Source: a virus. Taken from it: a DNA stretch of 64,000 bases. The DNA lies in the IMG/VR virus record IMGVR_UViG_3300034072_001149, positions 95,201-159,200 of that record; one strand, 5' to 3'. The notes under the pieces are model-generated. The model was given only the letters and a program-made list of their open reading frames with translations, did no database searches and was not told the origin of the DNA. Made by a program: the position numbers and the translations under genes. Below are positions 39,252 through 50,680 of the stretch, in pieces (the stretch's first letter is position 1; each line of letters starts with the position of its first letter).

Positions 39252-39785
39252 TTAATACTTATCTGGTTCTACGTCTGGATTATCTAGATTTGTTGAGTCA
39301 TCATACACTGGATCAACTGGACCAGTATTCAGATTAACTTGCGTAACTGGCATCTGAGTAGGTGGCGTCTGGGCCACTTGTGATGGCATAACATAAGTTG
39401 GCACCATTACTGGTGTATTGGGTGATCTATCACTTTCACCTGTTTGGCGGATTTGTTCAATCTGAGCATTACCTCGAGTCCACGCAGCAACACCTAGAAT
39501 AGCACCGAACGCAACATGGAATAGTCCACTTCCACTCATAGTCAGCGGGACCCAAGGCGTTCTATTCTGAACCAAGGCAATAGCAACCGAAGGATCAAGA
39601 TCCTTCAAACTAGCAGCCATTTGGGTTATATTAGATGTCTTAAATCCCATGAATGCCGGAGCAATGATGAAATCAAAAAGACAGATGGCAAGATAAACTA
39701 CCGCAGCAGCAGGACGCCAAGTCCTGTTGAGCCACGACTCTGTCTGATCTAGGTTTCCTAGACTTTTGACATTTTGATTCGTCAT
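39252..39785 (-). CDS. Holin-like membrane protein (3TM/GTA-type)
   Basis: WRPAAAVVY..ICLFDF, GLFHVAFGAILGVAAWTRG. Confidence 0.65.
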   Translation of the reverse strand: MTNQNVKSLGNLDQTESWLNRTWRPAAAVVYLAICLFDFIIAPAFMGFKTSNITQMAASLKDLDPSVAIALVQNRTPWVPLTMSGSGLFHVAFGAILGVAAWTRGNAQIEQIRQTGESDRSPNTPVMVPTYVMPSQVAQTPPTQMPVTQVNLNTGPVDPVYDDSTNLDNPDVEPDKY

Positions 39786-39861
39786 TGTCGATCTCCCTGT
39801 GAAGAATAGGGCGTGAAAAGCTATTGCCTCTCACGCCCTATTTACCAAGATTTATGCCGAT

Positions 39862-40632
39862 TTATCGAGCAAAAGCATAACGTCCTGAAACCACATCACC
39901 TGTATCTAGATCATATGGAAGAGCATCAATATCAAGAATCAAGTTTCTGTCAGTGACCGAATATTGATTCGTTTGGATTCTCTGACCATTGACTTCGATG
40001 GTAATTGTTCCGACCTGTGGTGCGAACTCGAAGAAGTTCAGGAATGTATAGGTTCCTGACGTAATGGAGTTTCCGGTATATTCAACTGCGGTGTCACGTA
40101 GATTGACACCAGCGCCGCCTAGACCAGTGGCACCAATATAACGGTGACCAACAAGCCATAGGCTGGTAATACCGGCAGGAACTGTGTTGACAAAGCGCAG
40201 GACACCTGCGGTATAGTCAAAAACCCACTCCTGGTTGTTAACACCACCATTCAGCTTATTTGCTGGTACAGTGGGATCGTTGCGATAAACGTCAACTAGG
40301 TATCCAGGATCGACCGATGGAGCAATCCAGTTACCTAGCTTTGTGCCAAGATCATTGAATGTTTCAGTGGCAATCCAAGCAGCGTTGCCAGCAACAGTAA
40401 TGTCTGCTGTCATTCTAATTGCTTGGGCTGGACCATAGTAGCGAACAATGGTATCAGTAGCAAATGGAGCCGGTACTGGAATAGTTTCCGCAAAAATTGA
40501 GTTGCTGTAGACTGGAGCAGGAGAGCCAATAGTTTCTTCGAAACCTTGCTTTCCGGCGCCACCTGTGTTAGCAACACCAAAGATGGTCTTTTTCCAGAGG
40601 AAGTCGACCTTCTGTGTATCAGAAATAGGCAT
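39862..40632 (-). CDS. Virion structural protein
   Basis: KVDFLWKK, WVFDYTAGVLRF; shared C-terminal VNG...GD domain. Confidence 0.7.
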   Translation of the reverse strand: MPISDTQKVDFLWKKTIFGVANTGGAGKQGFEETIGSPAPVYSNSIFAETIPVPAPFATDTIVRYYGPAQAIRMTADITVAGNAAWIATETFNDLGTKLGNWIAPSVDPGYLVDVYRNDPTVPANKLNGGVNNQEWVFDYTAGVLRFVNTVPAGITSLWLVGHRYIGATGLGGAGVNLRDTAVEYTGNSITSGTYTFLNFFEFAPQVGTITIEVNGQRIQTNQYSVTDRNLILDIDALPYDLDTGDVVSGRYAFAR

Positions 40633-40646
40633 AAGTCAATTCCTCC

Positions 40647-42359
40647 TTATGAAATGCTGATTGCCGAGATCGACTGACCTGCGTTCAGCTTAACACGGAC
40701 ATAGACGAAGTTTCCTGTAGCACTTGACGACGAGGTAGTACCAAATGTAATAACCGTCGAACCAGTTGTTCCCGAAGCAACAGAACCGTTTGCGCAACCT
40801 GCAGCCGTATCACCAGCCTTACCTGGAGCACCCGAACCGCTGTAAAGCGCACCTGCGTTCCACCATACGCCGTTGATAGCAGCAGGGCTCACCGCAGGAT
40901 TATCCGAGACGTTTGGCATCGCAATCCACATACCGGCATATGTACCAGTGATGTTGACTGTGATCGAGCTCAGAGCAGCCAGTGAGAACCTATAGGTAAC
41001 ATACTGAGTGGCTGGCTTCGAGGAGTAGTCTGGGTTACCAGCTGGTAGATAACCAGTGCTGTAGTTGGTCTGGTCACAAGAAACGACACCACCAACTGTA
41101 GCCGCTTCAAAGTTTGAAGCGCCTGCTAGCGAAGCTGTATTCGACCAAGCAGTATTAGCTAGAGAGTTTGGAGTGTCAACGTCGTTGGTTGTTAGAACAA
41201 CACGAGTTGCCGTTGTGGTTCTTGCTGTCATAGCAGTATCGGAAACACCAGTGTTTCCGGTCCATACTAGAAGGTTACCTGCACTCTGCGCGTTACCGGA
41301 ACCGTTAGGGTTCGTAGCGGTCAACGTCACCTTACCAGTCTTCGTAGCATGAGTTCCACCAACAGTGAAAGTCTGGCTAGTTAGATCAAAGGAGAGTGTG
41401 TTGGTGTTTAGAACCGAAGGCAGACCACCAGAACCAGCGGCAAAGTTTACTGTGGATCCAAATGGAGCCGACAGAGATAGGATTGTGCCGTTAGTGTAGG
41501 TTTGACCAGCTAGGTTTGTTGCGTTACCGCTGATCAGAAGAGTCGAAGCCGCATCATAGTGTTCAACACCCGATACGAAACGACCAACCTTGGATCCTTG
41601 TGCGGCGGTTACTACCGATACCACAGGGCTTGCGGTTAGGTCATCGCGAACAAATGCTAAGACGTTAGTGTTGCCACCAGCAGTGTGACGGAATTGTAGT
41701 TGGTTAAGACCAACCACAGCAGGTGCCGACACGATCTGGGAATCAAACGTTTGGAAGAACCCATCAGGAGCCGGACCACCACCTGTAGCAAAGCCGCCCC
41801 ACTTGTTGTCAGTGATACGTAGAAGACCTGACGTCTTGCTGTCGCCTACATTCTCTGTAAAGGTGAAAGTTTCACCAGCAACACCTTGGGAGAACAAAGT
41901 AATGGTTCCTTCATTACCTGGGCCCAAATCCTGTAGGATACTGGTTGTTGCTGTTGCTAGTGTGATACGCGAAACAAGTGAACCAGCAGCTGGCGCATTT
42001 GATAGTGAATTGGTGTTATAACCTTGTGCTGCTCTAGCGGTGGTATTGGCCGTTGAAAGAGCAAGAGTTCCAGTGCTCAGGTTAGCAGGAGCAGTAGGAA
42101 GAAGAAGACCGAGAATTTCGTTAATAGAATCGATCGCGGTCGAAACTTTAGTGGTTGGTTCTAGGAAAGCTGCGGGTGGTCGTCCACCATCATAACGAGA
42201 AGCAACATAGCTGCCGTCTTCAGCAATACCTAGGAGTGTTTCTGATCCCGAGGCAATTTCTGGAACAACCCAGGAATTTTCACCAGAACCGTTCGTTGTT
42301 AGAACAGCACCTGCTGGTTGACCCTCGGAGTGAATCTGTTTGATCTTAATCTTTGACAT
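40647..42359 (-). CDS. Virion fibre/structural protein, Thr/Gly/Ser-rich beta protein
   Basis: Composition, GAVLTTNGSG fibre motif, module context. Confidence 0.7.
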   Translation of the reverse strand: MSKIKIKQIHSEGQPAGAVLTTNGSGENSWVVPEIASGSETLLGIAEDGSYVASRYDGGRPPAAFLEPTTKVSTAIDSINEILGLLLPTAPANLSTGTLALSTANTTARAAQGYNTNSLSNAPAAGSLVSRITLATATTSILQDLGPGNEGTITLFSQGVAGETFTFTENVGDSKTSGLLRITDNKWGGFATGGGPAPDGFFQTFDSQIVSAPAVVGLNQLQFRHTAGGNTNVLAFVRDDLTASPVVSVVTAAQGSKVGRFVSGVEHYDAASTLLISGNATNLAGQTYTNGTILSLSAPFGSTVNFAAGSGGLPSVLNTNTLSFDLTSQTFTVGGTHATKTGKVTLTATNPNGSGNAQSAGNLLVWTGNTGVSDTAMTARTTTATRVVLTTNDVDTPNSLANTAWSNTASLAGASNFEAATVGGVVSCDQTNYSTGYLPAGNPDYSSKPATQYVTYRFSLAALSSITVNITGTYAGMWIAMPNVSDNPAVSPAAINGVWWNAGALYSGSGAPGKAGDTAAGCANGSVASGTTGSTVITFGTTSSSSATGNFVYVRVKLNAGQSISAISIS

Positions 42360-42419
42360 CAACTACTCCTTATGGATTAAGAGGAGGAGACCCTAGGATC
42401 TCCTCCTCTCATTAGTAAA

Positions 42420-44660
42420 TTAAGCAGCGCGGCTGTAGCTGACCGATAGAGTATCGCCAGTTTCAATACCGTAACCGTTGGCCGAGTCGACCAGGGTAAC
42501 AGTAGAACCGGAAATGCTGAAACCAGCCTTCTTCAGCTTAACACCGTTGATGAACACCTGGATGTCACCAACTGGAGCATTAGCTAGCGTAACTTCTGCG
42601 TTAGCTGCGGTAACTGGAGCAAAGTCCTCTTCAACGCGGACAGTCGCACCAAGCTGAGCAGCCGTAACATACTCGATAGTCTTGGTGGTGTTGTTCCAAC
42701 GTAGGAAGCGACCATCCTGGCCAGCGCCTGGAAGACCCGATTCTGCCAGAGTGGAGAACTTGACCTTCGAAGGATCTAGACCAATGGTAACGTCTGCGAT
42801 AACAGCACCTGTACCACCGGTGATCACAATGGCGTCAGCCGCATCACCTGTAGCAGCACCAACGATGTCAGACAGTTCGTCTACACCAGTACCACCATTA
42901 GCAACAGGAACAATACCATCTAGAGCAACAGTGAAACCAGTATCAGTGCTACCGGTAACAGCAATGTTAGCACCAGCTAGAACGTTGCTGTTGGTGTTGT
43001 CGATAACATCGAAACCACCTAGGGTGTTGAAAACGATACCGTCATTCTGCTTGACGAATACTGGAGTGCCAGCTTCGCCCATCTTGAAGTAACCGTCGCC
43101 ACCGACCTTGTAGTAGTCACCAGCATCCTTCTGACCAGCAGCCAGACCTTCAAGATCGGTCGCGTTAGCAGCATCAGCACCAGCAGCAAACGCAGTGAAC
43201 GATCCCGAACCTAGAACGCCAACATAGTTGAAAGCAGCACCGAGAGCGTCAATACGCAGGTTAGCAGCAACGATGTCATCTGCATTTTCCTTGACCTGGG
43301 TATCCAGCTTGTTAACTGCGGTAACAACCGTGTCAGTTGCTAGAACATAGTTGGTCGAGGTGAAAGCTGGCTTAACGCCATCAGCGCCGAAACCAAGACC
43401 AGTTTCAATGTTGTCAACTTCGGTCTGAAGAGCTGTAAGGTCTGCGCCCTGTGCTGTCTCTAGAGCAGCCAGATCATCAGCAAGATCCTTGATAGCAGAG
43501 TCCAGAAGGAGGTCTGCGCCCTTAAGGGTTGTAGCCGAGTTGATGTAGTTCGAGGTGGTGAATGCTTCATAAGCACCAGTCGATGCTAGACCAGCACCCG
43601 CCTGGGTTGCGTCCAGTTCTGCCTGGATGAAGGTATCAGCAGCGCCGCGGGCAATTTCTTCAGCCTTCAGAGCCGCGTCCAGCTTGCCAATAGCAGCATG
43701 GTGGGTATCTGGAGTTACTGCAGGAATAGCGTCGCCTGCACCCTCGGAGGTTTCTGGAACAGCAGCGGCACCCTGGATAATGTAATTACCGTTTGCGTAG
43801 AATACTGGAGCACCAGAAGTAGCAGTACCAACAGTAGCCTGGGTTAGATCCAGTTCTGCCTGCAGAGCCGAGTCAGCAGCAATACGAGCAGCTTCTTCGT
43901 CAGCTAGATCACCTTCAAGAGCAGTTACGTCTGCCTGTAGAGTGTCGATATCGCTTTCAGCAGTATCAAGTCTAGCATCCAGAGCATCGTCAGCGGCCGC
44001 ACGAGCAGTTTCTTCAGCGGTGAGTGCTGCGTCAACAGCTAGGATGGCACCCTTTACTGTGGTTGCGGCAGCAACAGCAGTGTGGGCAGAGCCAGCATAA
44101 CCAGTGTTATCAAAAGTACCGTCAGCGTTTAGACCAACAGCAGTCTGAATAGCGTCAACTTCAGTCTGGAGCGAAGCCAGCGAAGTTCCAGTGCCACCAC
44201 CAGCAAGTTCTGCCAGATCATCTGCCAGTTCCTTGATCTTGCCGTCCAGCAGGAAGTCTGCGTTCTTCAGCGAAGTAGCAGCATCCAGATAATTGGTTGC
44301 AGGATCCGCAACGTAAGCACCATCAGCACCAAGACCAGCACCGGTCTGAGTTGCGTCCAGTTCCGACTGTAGATCAGCAATGGTATCGTCTAGTGCTTCA
44401 GTAGCAGCGGTTAGGGCATCAGCAGCATCTGTTGCTACTTCAGCAATTGCTGCCTGAACAGTGGTTGCTTCAATGTCACCGGCTGGGGTGAAAGCAATGT
44501 CAGCAGCGGTGTTGTTAGCATAAGCCAGACCGCCAGCAACGATCTTGAGAATCTGCCCGTCTGTGCCTTTGGTGAGAATGGTACCATTACCATCCTGACC
44601 ACCGACCAATAGATCACCAGCTGCTGCCAACTTGATCTGTTTTGCGCGTAATTGTGCCAT
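42420..44660 (-). CDS. Coiled-coil fibre protein with internal repeats
   Basis: Repeated LQ.E(L/V)D..Q.G.GL..DG..NY...AT.LK.AD..LD units; VPVANGGTG. Confidence 0.8.
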   Translation of the reverse strand: MAQLRAKQIKLAAAGDLLVGGQDGNGTILTKGTDGQILKIVAGGLAYANNTAADIAFTPAGDIEATTVQAAIAEVATDAADALTAATEALDDTIADLQSELDATQTGAGLGADGAYVADPATNYLDAATSLKNADFLLDGKIKELADDLAELAGGGTGTSLASLQTEVDAIQTAVGLNADGTFDNTGYAGSAHTAVAAATTVKGAILAVDAALTAEETARAAADDALDARLDTAESDIDTLQADVTALEGDLADEEAARIAADSALQAELDLTQATVGTATSGAPVFYANGNYIIQGAAAVPETSEGAGDAIPAVTPDTHHAAIGKLDAALKAEEIARGAADTFIQAELDATQAGAGLASTGAYEAFTTSNYINSATTLKGADLLLDSAIKDLADDLAALETAQGADLTALQTEVDNIETGLGFGADGVKPAFTSTNYVLATDTVVTAVNKLDTQVKENADDIVAANLRIDALGAAFNYVGVLGSGSFTAFAAGADAANATDLEGLAAGQKDAGDYYKVGGDGYFKMGEAGTPVFVKQNDGIVFNTLGGFDVIDNTNSNVLAGANIAVTGSTDTGFTVALDGIVPVANGGTGVDELSDIVGAATGDAADAIVITGGTGAVIADVTIGLDPSKVKFSTLAESGLPGAGQDGRFLRWNNTTKTIEYVTAAQLGATVRVEEDFAPVTAANAEVTLANAPVGDIQVFINGVKLKKAGFSISGSTVTLVDSANGYGIETGDTLSVSYSRAA

Positions 44661-44684
44661 ATTTTATTCTCCTAGTTGATCAAC

Positions 44685-45764
44685 TTAGGTTTTGTAGATA
44701 AAGAATACTTCATCATCTACATCGACCCCATAACCGGTTTCTATAGGGTCGAATACTAGAACTTTCGTAACCTGGTCGAAAGTAAAGTTTTCGTTTTCAA
44801 TACCGTTGATTGCCATGTAGAGAACTTCGACAGTTTCTAACGGTAATGTGAATGTAGTTTGTCCGGAGACCACATTCTCGACGTCGTATTTATGCGTCTC
44901 GGAGTCTGTAGACTGTGAAGATTCTACACCTCTTGACAAAAGAATTGCCCTATTTGGCTCCAACTGGAGGTAAACAGGAAAAGCATTTGTTTCTGGCTTG
45001 ACATTGGTGAGACCGCCAGGTTCACTGGGATCTAGATAAAAGATATCCCCGTGCTCACCCCAAAGAGTAGGGCGAACATTTGTGATCAATTTACCCAGAG
45101 GACGATAACAAAAGTAATCCAACCCAGGAACATTAATCTCGGTTACAATACCAATTGCCCTACTGATGTTTGATGAATCGGTCTTTTTATAACCTGAATT
45201 GGATTCAAAATCAGCGTAGATCACATCGCCAGGAAACATTCCATGATCTTCCTGTTTAACCAAAACAAATTCAGTTATCATGTTGCGCGCAATAAAACGC
45301 GCCATTAAGTCATCAACAGTTTGCGAAGATAGATACAACTCGTCGATTGGTCCCAGGATAGGTAGACCGCTTTCAGATATTCTAAAGATAATTCCATTTG
45401 AGAACGGATCACACAGGCCGTTACCGGCTTGTGATTGGTCTGTGAACAGGTTGTATCTTTCGTAATCTTCAATTATACAGTTAACCGAAAACGCATCTTG
45501 TGATATGATTTCAGTTATCAAATTAGCTCTTCCACCAAGACCGGAAGCAAACCAATCACCTACTCTAACATCATTGCCAGTATAGAACATTGATTCCATC
45601 GTGGTGTGATTGCTATGTGGTTGGGCCTGAATATCAATTCTTACTGTCCAGCGATATGGACTACCGATGAACATATCACCGGTGTTATCGTCCTCAGTCC
45701 AATATTCAGTTTCTGCGAATTCAACTATAGATGCTTTGAGCTGCAGGTTAGGGGTTATTGGCAT
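44685..45764 (-). CDS. Virion structural protein
   Basis: Acidic; C-terminal GQTTFTL...INGIE...GYG...D.V. Confidence 0.7.
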   Translation of the reverse strand: MPITPNLQLKASIVEFAETEYWTEDDNTGDMFIGSPYRWTVRIDIQAQPHSNHTTMESMFYTGNDVRVGDWFASGLGGRANLITEIISQDAFSVNCIIEDYERYNLFTDQSQAGNGLCDPFSNGIIFRISESGLPILGPIDELYLSSQTVDDLMARFIARNMITEFVLVKQEDHGMFPGDVIYADFESNSGYKKTDSSNISRAIGIVTEINVPGLDYFCYRPLGKLITNVRPTLWGEHGDIFYLDPSEPGGLTNVKPETNAFPVYLQLEPNRAILLSRGVESSQSTDSETHKYDVENVVSGQTTFTLPLETVEVLYMAINGIENENFTFDQVTKVLVFDPIETGYGVDVDDEVFFIYKT

Positions 45765-45775
45765 TTATATACTCC

Positions 45776-48481
45776 TTAACCAAACATTACATTGAATAGC
45801 GCGGTTCCTGCTGCTCCTGATCCCGTGGCACTTGAAGAAGCGCCTACGATTTCAATGGCTCCTGGGTTGGTGTATCTTATATTGAAAGCACCTGTTGGAA
45901 TCCTCATGGTTCGGATACCTCCAATGGTCCCGTTATCTCCATAACAACCAAAGGAAATTGGATGACCGTAAGAGGCTGTATAGGTGATATTGATAGAAGT
46001 TCCGGAGAACGTTACCACAAAGTCAGCGTTTGAAACTCCCGAAATACTGGAAATAGCACCACCAGTATAGTTGGCGATAAACCTAACGGAGGTAACATTT
46101 CCAGTTCCACCACCACTACCACCGGAGCCACCTGGGATATTGACTTGGGCCACACCAGCTGGGCTCTCGGTAACAGTTACACCAGCACCGGTAAAATTAA
46201 TAGAGGTTGGGTTGGAAACAATAGTGGTTCCGTTATTCGCCACCGTTGTGATATTGCCATTGGTACCAGCTGGGCCTTGTGGACCAGTTTCGCCTCGAAC
46301 TAGACCAACATCTTCCGAAGTTGAGTCAGTATAAGTTAGGATTAGTCTACCGCTTTGGTTGACCGCAGCACTTGTGATACCACGACCATCTTCACCATCA
46401 ATACCATTGATACCAGCAGCGCCTGCAGGGCCTCGAGCATTGCCAGCATCAATCGTTGTGCTGTCGCTCATAGCTAGAGTCAGGACACCAGTAGTTTGGT
46501 TGATTGATGCCGAAGTAACGCTTCTACCGGCAGGACCAGTAAGTCCCTGTGGACCCTGTGGGCCGGTATCTCCACGAACTCTACCTGCATCTACAACCGA
46601 AGAATCAGTGTAGGATACGATCAAGTTGCCTTCGGCATTTATAGTCAGGCTGGTCACACCACGACCTGCGGGGCCAGTTTCACCTTGTGGACCAGTAGCA
46701 CCGGTCACACCCTGTGGTCCTTGAGGACCTGTAGCACCGGTCTCACCTTGAGGACCTGTTATATTACCAGCATTGATACTGGTGTTGTCGCTCATCTCGA
46801 GAACAAGCTCTTCATTGATCACACTAGCAGAAACGACATTTCGTCCTGCAGGACCGGCAGGACCAGCTGGACCGGCAGGACCAACGTCACCAGTGTCACC
46901 CTTTGGACCGAGAACAGAACCACCTACTACAATCGAGGTAGCATCGTTCATTACCAGTGTTAGAGTAGAACCCGTTACGCTAGCAGAAGCAATGCTAGTT
47001 CCCTGTGGACCAACTTCACCTTGTGGACCTTGAGGACCAGTAGCACCTGTGGCTCCGGGAATACCTTGAATACCCTGTGGGCCGGTATCGCCGGTGTCAC
47101 CTTTGGGTCCTTGAGGACCGGCAGGACCTGCTGGGCCGGCTGGACCCTGAGGACCTATCTCACCTTGTGGACCCTGAGGTCCAACAATACCGGTAGCGCC
47201 AGTGGAATTGATGACAACTTTATACTGCTGAGTTTCACCTGGAATGCCTGAAGGTTGGTAATCCAAGGTGATACCAGTTCCGGCTTGGAGTCTGATATTT
47301 GTCTGGCGACCATAGTCAATATAACCGCCTGCGCCTGCGTTAGCTGTTGGACTCCAATTAAGCAGTCCAATACCAGTGGTCTCGAGAACGGTTCTACCAG
47401 TGTTGACACCTTGTGTAAGAGTCCTGACATTGAGGCCATCACCAACAACAAGGTTGCCAATTGGAAACTGTTGATTTCCTACTTCAGTTGGCTTCAGAAG
47501 AACTACCTGCTGACCGCCGCCTGATGCTGGAGGAGTAAAATCAATAAAGGCTTCACCAGTAGTGCCGCCATACCCCACCGTGAAACCTTCACCAAACGAA
47601 AACTTGAAAATACCCTCAAGCGTTTCTTGTTCAGGAGTCGCCTGTGGATCAATAGGGGTTTCTCCCGCGCCATTGACTGTCATGCCAACTAGGATCTGAG
47701 CATTGGTCGCATCCTCGTCATTTTGGCGAACCAATACACCACCGGCAAAGGTGAAATTGACAACAGAAAACGGATCGCTAAATTCTGGAATCTCGTTACC
47801 GGAACCGTCATCAACAAACTGAACGCTATTGACTTCTACACCTGGGATATGAGCAATCGCAGTGGTAGGCGCCCCGTCTTCGGTTAGAATTTCAACGCCT
47901 GCTCCAGTAAAAGCTAGGCGAGCTGTTGGATCAATCGAAGGCGCATCAACATATCCGCCACCCACAGCGTCATATGTTCGTTCAGTAACAATGATGCTAC
48001 CACCGGCCCCAGCAGGACCCTGAGGACCAGTTAGACCCTGAGGGCCTTGTGGGCCTTGTGGTCCGGTTTCGCCTTGCGGACCAGCAGGGCCAGCGGGGCC
48101 TTGTGGACCAGCAGGTCCCTGTGGCCCTTGAGGACCCTGTGGTCCAATTGGGCCTTGTGGACCAGTATTACCGGTATCACCTTTGTCGCCCTTGTCCCCT
48201 TTGGGACCTTGTGGTCCAGGAATAGGCGAAGCACCAGCACCTTGGGCTCTCACCGGGCCTCCAGTAACAGGTTCTCCAGGATTCAGATATCGCTTACCGT
48301 CAGCAGCACCGGGTTGGACTCTAATTGAGTTAGAAGTCGTACCTGGTTCCGCGGCTGACGAATTCTGAGCTGCGATCTGAGCAGCGTTAGAAGCATCAGC
48401 ATTTGATGGATCGTTAGGAGCAGTGACTCCTGGAACGGGCAAATATGTTCCTGGGTTCTGCGGCGTTGGGACCTTGGCCAT
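45776..48481 (-). CDS. Collagen-like fibre protein
   Basis: Multiple Gly-X-Y blocks ([10 protein letters not shown]) alternating with GR.(V/I)TSA.(V/I)N..G.L.L..SD.....AG beta units. Confidence 0.9.
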   Translation of the reverse strand: MAKVPTPQNPGTYLPVPGVTAPNDPSNADASNAAQIAAQNSSAAEPGTTSNSIRVQPGAADGKRYLNPGEPVTGGPVRAQGAGASPIPGPQGPKGDKGDKGDTGNTGPQGPIGPQGPQGPQGPAGPQGPAGPAGPQGETGPQGPQGPQGLTGPQGPAGAGGSIIVTERTYDAVGGGYVDAPSIDPTARLAFTGAGVEILTEDGAPTTAIAHIPGVEVNSVQFVDDGSGNEIPEFSDPFSVVNFTFAGGVLVRQNDEDATNAQILVGMTVNGAGETPIDPQATPEQETLEGIFKFSFGEGFTVGYGGTTGEAFIDFTPPASGGGQQVVLLKPTEVGNQQFPIGNLVVGDGLNVRTLTQGVNTGRTVLETTGIGLLNWSPTANAGAGGYIDYGRQTNIRLQAGTGITLDYQPSGIPGETQQYKVVINSTGATGIVGPQGPQGEIGPQGPAGPAGPAGPQGPKGDTGDTGPQGIQGIPGATGATGPQGPQGEVGPQGTSIASASVTGSTLTLVMNDATSIVVGGSVLGPKGDTGDVGPAGPAGPAGPAGRNVVSASVINEELVLEMSDNTSINAGNITGPQGETGATGPQGPQGVTGATGPQGETGPAGRGVTSLTINAEGNLIVSYTDSSVVDAGRVRGDTGPQGPQGLTGPAGRSVTSASINQTTGVLTLAMSDSTTIDAGNARGPAGAAGINGIDGEDGRGITSAAVNQSGRLILTYTDSTSEDVGLVRGETGPQGPAGTNGNITTVANNGTTIVSNPTSINFTGAGVTVTESPAGVAQVNIPGGSGGSGGGTGNVTSVRFIANYTGGAISSISGVSNADFVVTFSGTSINITYTASYGHPISFGCYGDNGTIGGIRTMRIPTGAFNIRYTNPGAIEIVGASSSATGSGAAGTALFNVMFG

Positions 48482-48539
48482 GTTCGATCATCCTCTCAAA
48501 TGGGGTTCCGATATTTAGCCCATACATGAACTTAGGTTA

Positions 48540-48965
48540 TCAACGAGCGAGTGTGATTTTCACCACATTTCCAAGCTTCGCCAAAGTTAGCCTGTCCGCT
48601 TCATATAAGATATCAGAAATATACGTTCGATCTAGTTTTGCTCTCAACCAAAGCGCATTCACTTTGAAGGTGAAGCCAATAGTGGCTGAATCACCCCCAC
48701 TATCGTAATCGCCGGTTGGTTTATATGGGTTCAAAGGAAACTCGATAAAATCAGCACCATCCAGCTTGACTACAAACCAATCATTTTCGGAAGGATCTAG
48801 CTCAAGAGATGCCTCGATGGAAAGTCTGCCGGTGAAATTCACAACCTGCATCACTACTGTATGAAGACCACCAACATGGTTAAACCAACCATCTGCTTTA
48901 CAGGGTTCACCGATAAGATTTACTTCGCGTTGTGAGTTCCCCATCATCAAAACGGTCTTTGGCAT
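48540..48965 (-). CDS. Late hypothetical protein
   Basis: GGAG RBS; TAAATA upstream; GLHTV...FTGR..IEASL...P...DWF. Confidence 0.75.
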   Translation of the reverse strand: MPKTVLMMGNSQREVNLIGEPCKADGWFNHVGGLHTVVMQVVNFTGRLSIEASLELDPSENDWFVVKLDGADFIEFPLNPYKPTGDYDSGGDSATIGFTFKVNALWLRAKLDRTYISDILYEADRLTLAKLGNVVKITLAR

Positions 48966-49035
48966 CTGACTCTCCTGTTACCCGTATATTTAACGAATAA
49001 TGACGTAGAGACCACACACCAGTTAATAAGGTGTC

Positions 49036-49818
49036 ATGAGCATCTTATTCCCTCAAGGCAACTCAATCGTGCTTTCCTGTTCTAATGACGAATTTATCGT
49101 CCCAGCAAATGGTAAGCTGACCTATGAAGTGATTCCAATTCCGGCAGGTCCTGGCATTGATCAGCTAGAGAGAGTCATGTCTCATCTACCGCCTTTGGAT
49201 TTTGAAAGAGGTCCTTGGATCGCAGGGGGTTCAGTAAGACGATTGCTCCAAGGCGAAAGTTTGGATTCAGGTGATATTGATATCTTCTTTCCAGACCATA
49301 CTTCATGGAAGTTTTTCAGTGATGTATTGTCGTCTTATGAAATCGTCGTCAAAACCAAGAAGGCTACTACTTTCTTGGTTGAAGGTTTGAAGGTTCAGAT
49401 CATTCGGCGGGCATTTTACAAAACCCTGATAGATGTATTCAAGGATTTTGATTTCACAGTTTGCCAGATAGCATCAGATGGTAAGAATATTGCCTGTACC
49501 AAGCAAGCGCATCTTGATATCATGGATCAGGTTCTACGCCTTGCTACACAGGGCAAAATTTCCAAGCACACCTTGGTCCAGAGAATGTCAAAGTATGTGA
49601 ATTATGGCATCTTCCCAGAGCCTGGTCTTTTTGAAATTATCATAAAGAGTGGATTGGATTATACCAGCGCCTACTCCATCTTTAGCGAAAGCGATGTGGC
49701 AATCTACGATTGTTTCACTGGGGAAACATCAGAAGATAATATTCCTTCAGATTCCTTGAATGAAGGGGTCCTGCGAACTATTGCTCGTAAATTAGGCCTG
49801 GAGAAAGAAAATGACTGA
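49036..49818 (+). CDS. Nucleotidyltransferase (CCA/poly(A) polymerase head-like)
   Basis: WIAGGSVRR, GDIDIFF, FDFTVCQ, RMSKY. Confidence 0.78.
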   Translation: MSILFPQGNSIVLSCSNDEFIVPANGKLTYEVIPIPAGPGIDQLERVMSHLPPLDFERGPWIAGGSVRRLLQGESLDSGDIDIFFPDHTSWKFFSDVLSSYEIVVKTKKATTFLVEGLKVQIIRRAFYKTLIDVFKDFDFTVCQIASDGKNIACTKQAHLDIMDQVLRLATQGKISKHTLVQRMSKYVNYGIFPEPGLFEIIIKSGLDYTSAYSIFSESDVAIYDCFTGETSEDNIPSDSLNEGVLRTIARKLGLEKEND

Positions 49819-50245
49819 TCTGCAGGATTTCATCAGAAGACAGTGTGTTTACAGCAAGCTTGCTGAAAAGCCCGTAGTGGGTCAACACGGGTCATTACAG
49901 CTAGTCTTTATACACGGATACCCTATGACGCTTAGGGGGTTCTATGCCCTTACTACAAGGGCAGTCTTTGGATCCACTATTCCAATGTTTAAGAAGGTTT
50001 GGGATGAACTAAACGCAGAAACCGTTTTATTGTGCGCTGGTCTCAACCTAGAACTAAAAGAAGGACGCGAATCACAATCAATTATTGAAGGGATTCGCGC
50101 CGCTGCTGGATGGAATGAGGAAACTGCTAAACAGATAACCAACTATCAGTTTAATAGAGAGTTCCTGTTCAAATGGATAGAAACGGTTGAGGCACAAGTA
50201 GCAGAGTTGAGGGGTATCAGTCCCCTAGGTCAACCACCTCAATAA
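49811..50245 (+). CDS. Hypothetical protein
   Basis: Overlaps the upstream gene. Confidence 0.7.
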   Translation: MTDLQDFIRRQCVYSKLAEKPVVGQHGSLQLVFIHGYPMTLRGFYALTTRAVFGSTIPMFKKVWDELNAETVLLCAGLNLELKEGRESQSIIEGIRAAAGWNEETAKQITNYQFNREFLFKWIETVEAQVAELRGISPLGQPPQ

Positions 50246-50396
50246 GAAGTTTGGAACCATCCTCCCCAATCAACTGCTCAACCATCATGGTTAGAGCTTC
50301 CCTCATCTCAGAACTCATAATGATTTCCTGAGTCTCACCGTCCTTTAGAAGCTTGCTGAGCTTCAGTACGACGACTTCTTCATGTAGCTTTGCCAT
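50217..50396 (-). CDS. Small hypothetical protein (59 aa, not in track)
   Basis: GGAGG RBS; MAKLHEEVVVLKLSKLLKD...IEVVDLGD*. Confidence 0.7.
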   Translation of the reverse strand: MAKLHEEVVVLKLSKLLKDGETQEIIMSSEMREALTMMVEQLIGEDGSKLLIEVVDLGD

Positions 50397-50422
50397 GGTT
50401 GGCCTCCTAATTAACTGACTAG

Positions 50423-50659
50423 TTATTTAGTCACTGGAGGCAGTTTACCCAGGAGGCGGTCCAAGTTGGTCTGGATTGCTTCCATTTGGAGGATGTTTTT
50501 GGAAACCTGTTCCTTGAGGTCCAGGATTTGAAGGGTGAGCATTTCACTCACCCCATTGACACTGGCTAGTTGGGAGCGCAAGTGACTACATTCAGCTTCC
50601 TTGGCGGCAAGCTCGTCACGAAGCTGGGCAGGGGTTTTGAAATCAATAACATTGGTCAT
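50423..50659 (-). CDS. Coiled-coil hypothetical protein
   Basis: GGAG RBS; heptad pattern. Confidence 0.7.
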   Translation of the reverse strand: MTNVIDFKTPAQLRDELAAKEAECSHLRSQLASVNGVSEMLTLQILDLKEQVSKNILQMEAIQTNLDRLLGKLPPVTK

Positions 50660-50680
50660 CTTCCGCTCCTAAATTCTAGA

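Noticed and set aside
45776-48481. CRISPR array or DGR suggested by repetitive DNA
   Set aside because: The repeats are Gly-X-Y codons inside a CDS; no repeat-spacer pattern, cas gene or reverse transcriptase seen
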